Source: Wolbachia endosymbiont strain TRS of Brugia malayi
Lineage (GTDB): Bacteria > Pseudomonadota > Alphaproteobacteria > Rickettsiales > Anaplasmataceae
Direction of reading: 5' to 3'
Assembly: GCF_000008385.1 (NCBI RefSeq)
Contig: NC_006833.1
Coordinates: 30,001-62,000, forward strand
Length of the DNA stretch: 32,000 nucleotides
Under the pieces are notes generated by a model. That model did not search any database. It saw only the letters and a list, made by a program, of their open reading frames with translations, and had not been told where the DNA came from. The first letter of the stretch is position 1; each line of letters starts with the position of its first letter. Positions 27,222 through 32,000 of this stretch are shown here, piece by piece. The translations under genes and the position numbers were made by a program.

Positions 27222-28496
27222 TCACTTTGTAGGCTTGCGGTACCAAAGTAGATAGGTAGGTGTGCCGCTTAAAGGGAATAAGCTTGCAATTAACAAGGTA
27301 TTCATAGGAGTCTCATATATTATCCAACAGCAAAAAAGTACAGCCATGCCCCCAATTAGAAATTTATAGTAGTTTTTTTCCTGTATGATGACCTTGAGGA
27401 AAGCAAGACAACATGTTAAGTAGACGAATAAAAATGAAACTACAGAGACATCAATTATTGAAGTTACTTGCTTGGCAAAATTTTTGCTCGATATTAGAAC
27501 GAGTAAAGCTAATATTCCCAGTGTATTGATTATGATTCCACAAAAGGGGGCACCATACTTGTTTCTTTTAGCAAAAAATTGCGGCATTAATTTATCTTTT
27601 GCAAGGCCTAAAGCAACTTGTCCGTCGGCTAAGAACCAAGCGTTTAGACTACTTACAGAAACAATGAAAGCAACAATGGAAATGATTAAGTACCAATTGC
27701 CAGGTAAAATTATTTTTATCACATCAGCGTATGGTGCTTTTGAGTTAGCTAAGTGATTGCCATTAATCAATCCCATAATTGCAAGGCTATTAATGAAGTA
27801 TATGATAGCAACAAAGACCGTACCAAATACTATGGCTCTTGGAATTGTTTTGCTTGGATTTTCAACTGATCCTGCAGATGCTGTTACTATTTCAAGTCCA
27901 ATAAAGCACCATAAAGTAAGAAGTGTGGAACGGGCAAAAGCTTGAGATATTGTGAGGTTTGATATTTCCTCGCTTACGACAAAGTTATTTCTATCAAAAA
28001 GAAGTAATGCCGCTATGGGTACTGCAAACAGCACGGTAATTTTGACAGTCATCAATAGAAGCTCAACATGTCCGACGGTAGTTATCCCTCTTAAGTTTAT
28101 TAGCATGATAGCTAAGATTAATGCTATTTCTAAAAATAGGCGTATATTTTGTATATTATTATGAAAGAGCGGAGCTAGGTAGCCAATACTTGCAACTATT
28201 ACCGCTGTTGAACTAACCCACGAACTCGCCCAATATGTCCAGCCAACAAAAAAAGCTGCTGTAGGACCAAAAGCATGCTTCACATAAACATGAGGACCAC
28301 CAGTTTCTGGAAATTTCGCACAGAGCAATGCAAAAACTAAAGCAAGAAGTATAGCACCGAGCCCTGATACTGCCCAACTTATAAGGCTGTAAGTACCGTA
28401 TGGTGCAAGACTGATTGGAAGCATGAAAATTCCAGAGCCGATTTGACTACTAATCACTAAGGCAAAAATAGCCAGGAAACCTATTTTGTTTGACAC
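27222..28496 (-). CDS. APC-superfamily amino acid permease, paralog 2
   Basis: 424-aa ORF with a GTG start at the position where paralog 1 has ATG. It shares the motifs SSQIGSGIFMLP and FPETGGPHVYVKHAFGPTAAFFVGWTYW. Confidence 0.8.
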   Translation of the reverse strand: MSNKIGFLAIFALVISSQIGSGIFMLPISLAPYGTYSLISWAVSGLGAILLALVFALLCAKFPETGGPHVYVKHAFGPTAAFFVGWTYWASSWVSSTAVIVASIGYLAPLFHNNIQNIRLFLEIALILAIMLINLRGITTVGHVELLLMTVKITVLFAVPIAALLLFDRNNFVVSEEISNLTISQAFARSTLLTLWCFIGLEIVTASAGSVENPSKTIPRAIVFGTVFVAIIYFINSLAIMGLINGNHLANSKAPYADVIKIILPGNWYLIISIVAFIVSVSSLNAWFLADGQVALGLAKDKLMPQFFAKRNKYGAPFCGIIINTLGILALLVLISSKNFAKQVTSIIDVSVVSFLFVYLTCCLAFLKVIIQEKNYYKFLIGGMAVLFCCWIIYETPMNTLLIASLFPLSGTPTYLLWYRKPTK

Positions 28497-28808
28497 AATA
28501 ACTTTTAACTTTTTTATCTAAATATATTAATAATATAACTGAAGCTCAGAAACTTCAATCGATCTTTTATGAAAGCTTGCATTTTTCAATTACTATAATT
28601 AGGTACGGCCAAAAAGTTGGGAGGATACCTATAAAGCAGAAATTTAAGGGAGTTAATTACAAGTGATGATATAAGAGAAGCAGTAAATGTTGTGATAGAT
28701 AGAATTCTTCATGTAGAGGGGTCTATACCTATAGCTAAGTGTGTAGCTCCCTATTTGGGTAGCCTATATTATTCGAGGCTGTAACCAATCTTGTAAGTAA
28801 GATATACT

Positions 28809-29738
28809 TTAAACTAAATGCGGTATTTTAAACTGAACATTTTCGGTGACTCCATCTGACATAACTGAAACTTTTGTATTCACGTTTATTTTCAAATGGT
28901 TTATTAATTCGTCAACTAATATGTCAGGGGCGGAAGCACCTGCAGTAATTCCTATCTTTTCTATGCCCTGCAACCAACTTTTGTCCATATAGCTGTAATT
29001 ATCGATTAAGTAAGCTCTTTTTCCTCTGGCAGTGCATAGATCTAACAAGCGATTTGAGTTCGAACTATTTTTACTTCCTATAATTAGCACTATGTCTACA
29101 ATTTCAGTTAATTTTTTGACAGCATTCTGCCTATTTTGTGTTGCATAACATATATCTTTTAAGTTGGGGCCTGTAATGTTTGGAAATCTGAGCTTTAGGG
29201 CAGTAATGATTTCGCGGGTGTCATCGGTGCTTAACGTGGTTTGTGTAACATAAGATAAATTATCTGGATTTTTAACCTTTAAATCGCGTACATTCTGTAG
29301 GGTTTGCACTAAAACTATGGGATTATTCACTCTTCCTCTGATTCCCTTAACTTCTGGGTGGTTTTTATGTCCAATTAGGATTAATTCTTTACCACTATCT
29401 TCATACCTTTTTGCTTCTTTATGTACTTTACTAACCAGTGGGCATGTTGCATCAATCACTTGAATGCCCTTTCTTTTTGCTTTGTCTTCTATATTTTTTG
29501 ACACTCCGTGCGCACTGAAGATCAATATTCCTCTATTGTCCTTGATGTCCCTGATGCTATTCACAAAAATCACGCCTTGTCTCTTAAAGTCCTCTACTAT
29601 ATATTTATTATGAACGATTTCATGCAGCACATAGACTTTGCGTTTGTTTCGATATTTTTTTAAAGTGATGGCTAATATATCTACAGCTCTTTTGACTCCT
29701 GCACAAAAACCACGCGGTTCAGCTAAAATGATTTCCAT
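28809..29738 (-). CDS. ispH: 4-hydroxy-3-methylbut-2-enyl diphosphate reductase IspH (LytB)
   Basis: 309-aa ORF with cluster cysteines in GFCAGV, ATCPLV and DICYAT, and the SSNSNRL motif. Confidence 0.9.
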   Translation of the reverse strand: MEIILAEPRGFCAGVKRAVDILAITLKKYRNKRKVYVLHEIVHNKYIVEDFKRQGVIFVNSIRDIKDNRGILIFSAHGVSKNIEDKAKRKGIQVIDATCPLVSKVHKEAKRYEDSGKELILIGHKNHPEVKGIRGRVNNPIVLVQTLQNVRDLKVKNPDNLSYVTQTTLSTDDTREIITALKLRFPNITGPNLKDICYATQNRQNAVKKLTEIVDIVLIIGSKNSSNSNRLLDLCTARGKRAYLIDNYSYMDKSWLQGIEKIGITAGASAPDILVDELINHLKINVNTKVSVMSDGVTENVQFKIPHLV

Positions 29739-29757
29739 TTTTTTAAATCGAGTAAGT

Positions 29758-31316
29758 ATGCAAACATTGCTTAAAAATAGGCTCTGCTCACTGTACTTTA
29801 TAGTACCATTATTTATATTTTATATAATAATTAATTTTCATATATTCTCTTTAATTTTTGGTCAGTTTAGTGCTGTAGAGGATTTAAAAAAGGGTACTAA
29901 GGCATACAGGCAACCTAATATTTTAGATAGGAATGGAGTGGTAATAGCAACAAATGTGCCACAACATCACTATATATAGATCCAACCAAAGTGAAAAATC
30001 TGGAAGGTATAGTAGCACAACTGCGTTCTATTTTTAATGACCTTGAGTACGAAAACCTGTGTAAAATACTCACTTAAAAAAGAAACTTACTTGGATAAAA
30101 CGGCATTTAATTTCAAAAGGGTGCTAGCGGTCAAAAGTGCCGGTGTGCCGGAAGTAAATTTTTGCGACAATGTAAGATGTGTATATCCACACAATAATTT
30201 GTTTTCACATGTGCTTGGCTACACTGATATAGATGGCAAGGGCATTGCTGGAGTTGAGGTATACATAAATAAGACTGGAATCCAGCCTCACGCTACTCGA
30301 ATGACACCTGGTGAATATGTTCAACTATCCTTAGATACATGAGTGCAAGGTATAGTACATGAAGAACTAACTAAGGCTGTAAATGGATGTCAGGTACTTG
30401 GTGGAGTAGGACTTGTTTTAAATGTGAAAAATAAGCAAGATCATTTCAGTGGTCAGCTTGCCTGATTTTGATTCCGATCTGCAAAATAAAGCGAAAAAGA
30501 AGTATAAGAGTTTAGTCTCGTTAGTCTTGGAGTGTATGAGATGGGATCAGTGTTAAAATTTTTTACAATAGCTGCAACGCTTGATGCAAACGTTGTAAAA
30601 ACTAGTGATTTGTATGACGTATCAAAGCCAATCACAATTGGAAAGTGTAAAATTTAGGATTTTCATAAATCTGAAGTCAAAAAAATTACCAAGATATATT
30701 TGTGAAATTATACAACATTAGTGCAGCAAAAGTTGCAGCCGAGTTAGGTACTGAGAAGCAAGTAGAATACTTTAAAACTATGAAACTTTTTTCTACTTTG
30801 AAAATGAAATACTAGAGAAATCTACACCAATAACCCCGTATAAATAGAGTGAAAGCACTTTAATAACGGCATCTTGCGGTTATGGAAAGATGTAACCCAG
30901 ATCCATCTTGTATAGACTGCAGCCGCATTAATCAGCAGTGGGATATTTCACAATGCAACTTTGATGTTAAATAAAGGAAGTATAGGAGAGCAGATTATTG
31001 CAAGAAGCGCTTACTGAGAAGTAAGAAAATTATTATGTGCAGCAGTAACAAATAGGATAGGTAGGAGAACAAGCATAAAAGCGTATTTGATAGGAGATAA
31101 AACTGTATCAGCAGAAAAAGTTGTAAACGATAAATACAACAAGAATGCAAACATAACATCATTTATAGGAGTGCTAACTACAGTTAACCCAGATATATAG
31201 TGCTAATTGTTATTAATGAACCTCAGGTCATACACCACACCTGAGGAATAATCACTACACCTATAGCTAAGAATATTATAAATAAAATAGCACCTATACT
31301 TAAATGTTACACCTGA
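29758..31316 (+). pseudogene. ftsI: FtsI/PBP3-type peptidoglycan transpeptidase pseudogene
   Basis: It has an N-terminal TM anchor and ILDRNGVVIATNV (29758-29979). Further pieces lie in shifting frames with many stops: VYPHNNLFSHVLGYTDIDGKGIAGVE, VQGIVHEELTKAV, YEMGSVLKFFTIAATLD (SxxK region) and IGDKTVSAEKV...ITSFIGV (KTG changed to KTV). Confidence 0.7.
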
Positions 31317-31326
31317 GATGCAAGAA

Positions 31327-31674
31327 TTATGATTTCTTTATTAAAATTTTAAGTTTATAATCTTGTTCATTTTTATCAATACAAAGAAACCCATCTTTTG
31401 TTGCACTGCAATTTTCAGGGGCGATGTCTAAATTAATTTTTTTGCCACTGTCATCCATACTCAAATGAACTCTTGGTTCAAAAAAGTCAATTATGTTAGC
31501 CTCAAATTTCTTTGTTATCTTTCTATCCGGAGAAACCAGATTAAATTCCCGAATATTGCTTAGGTCAATATTTCCTATATAATTACTACACCCACTGTCT
31601 GTGCAATATGAACTCTCAACTATATAGCCTTCACTTGGAACTTCTGTAAAAAAATTCCATAAATCACTTGACAT
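31327..31674 (-). CDS. Hypothetical protein (115 aa)
   Basis: ATG-initiated ORF with no motif I recognise. It has several Cys residues (YCTDSGCSNY, ENCSATKDGFLC). Confidence 0.4.
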   Translation of the reverse strand: MSSDLWNFFTEVPSEGYIVESSYCTDSGCSNYIGNIDLSNIREFNLVSPDRKITKKFEANIIDFFEPRVHLSMDDSGKKINLDIAPENCSATKDGFLCIDKNEQDYKLKILIKKS

Positions 31675-31802
31675 ACAAAATACCCTTAATATTTACCACT
31701 TGAAGAAGTATATATACTTTTTAAGTATATGTAACCATAATACATCTCAAAATACAAAGTTCAACAGTTAATTGTGTGAAAGATAAAATTGCTAATGGCT
31801 AC

Positions 31803-32000
31803 TTAAATCCTTTTATTAGTTTTTTTCACCATGCTGTCAATCATGTGTTTTATTCCTTGATATACAGAATATGTACTTTCGTCTCTACGCATATAAGCAG
31901 AACAGGAAAACACATTATGTTCTTCGTCTTCTATTGATAACCCTGTGTCACATTTTATGTGCTCACCACCTAGCTTTTCTATCAACTTTTCTCTGTCATC
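31803..32000 (-). CDS. Hypothetical protein, possibly 5'-truncated by the window edge
   Basis: The frame is open from the window end (…DDREKLIEKLGGEHIKCDTGLSIEDEEHNVFSCSAY…KRI*). The first in-window Met is at 31985. Confidence 0.35.
   Translation of the reverse strand, partial: DDREKLIEKLGGEHIKCDTGLSIEDEEHNVFSCSAYMRRDESTYSVYQGIKHMIDSMVKKTNKRI

Noticed and set aside
28640-28790. A roughly 42-codon open frame (TSDDIREAVNVVIDRILHVEGSIPIAKCVAPYLGSLYYSRL*) between the permease and ispH. It could be a gene remnant.
   Set aside because: It has no start codon and no recognisable motif, and it is too short to support any call without a database search.

Overview
This is an AT-rich chromosomal segment. 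Its intact genes are housekeeping: nifS-like and iscS cysteine desulfurases, erpA, lolD, dgt, ribD, a surA-like gene, mnmE, tRNA-Ser, topA, trhO, an ABC permease, apaG, purK, asd, two tandem APC permeases and ispH. Ankyrin-repeat debris and at least five decayed genes sit among them. Together this looks like a reduced Rickettsiales endosymbiont, probably Wolbachia-like, but that is inferred from gene content only and needs a database search. I saw no rRNA, CRISPR array, intact IS or prophage. The most interesting signal is not in the ORF track. A 300-450 bp intergenic module occurs four times (331-736 -, 7262-7540 +, 14399-14830 +, 23700-24155 -). It carries a TTGACA box, a short leader, a 54-55 codon ORF for a hydrophobic Cys-rich peptide, and a hairpin-rich tail. 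One tail stem shows compensatory substitutions between copies. The two copies with intact ORFs lack a recognisable -10 box, while the two copies with good -35/-10 boxes have dead ORFs. That pattern fits a toxic product, so I propose a type I toxin-antitoxin-like or small-membrane-peptide/ncRNA family as an unverified hypothesis. Other notable points are an erpA with a poly-acidic insertion, a decay zone next to tRNA-Ser, ftsI-like and bamB-like pseudogenes, and tandem permease paralogs.
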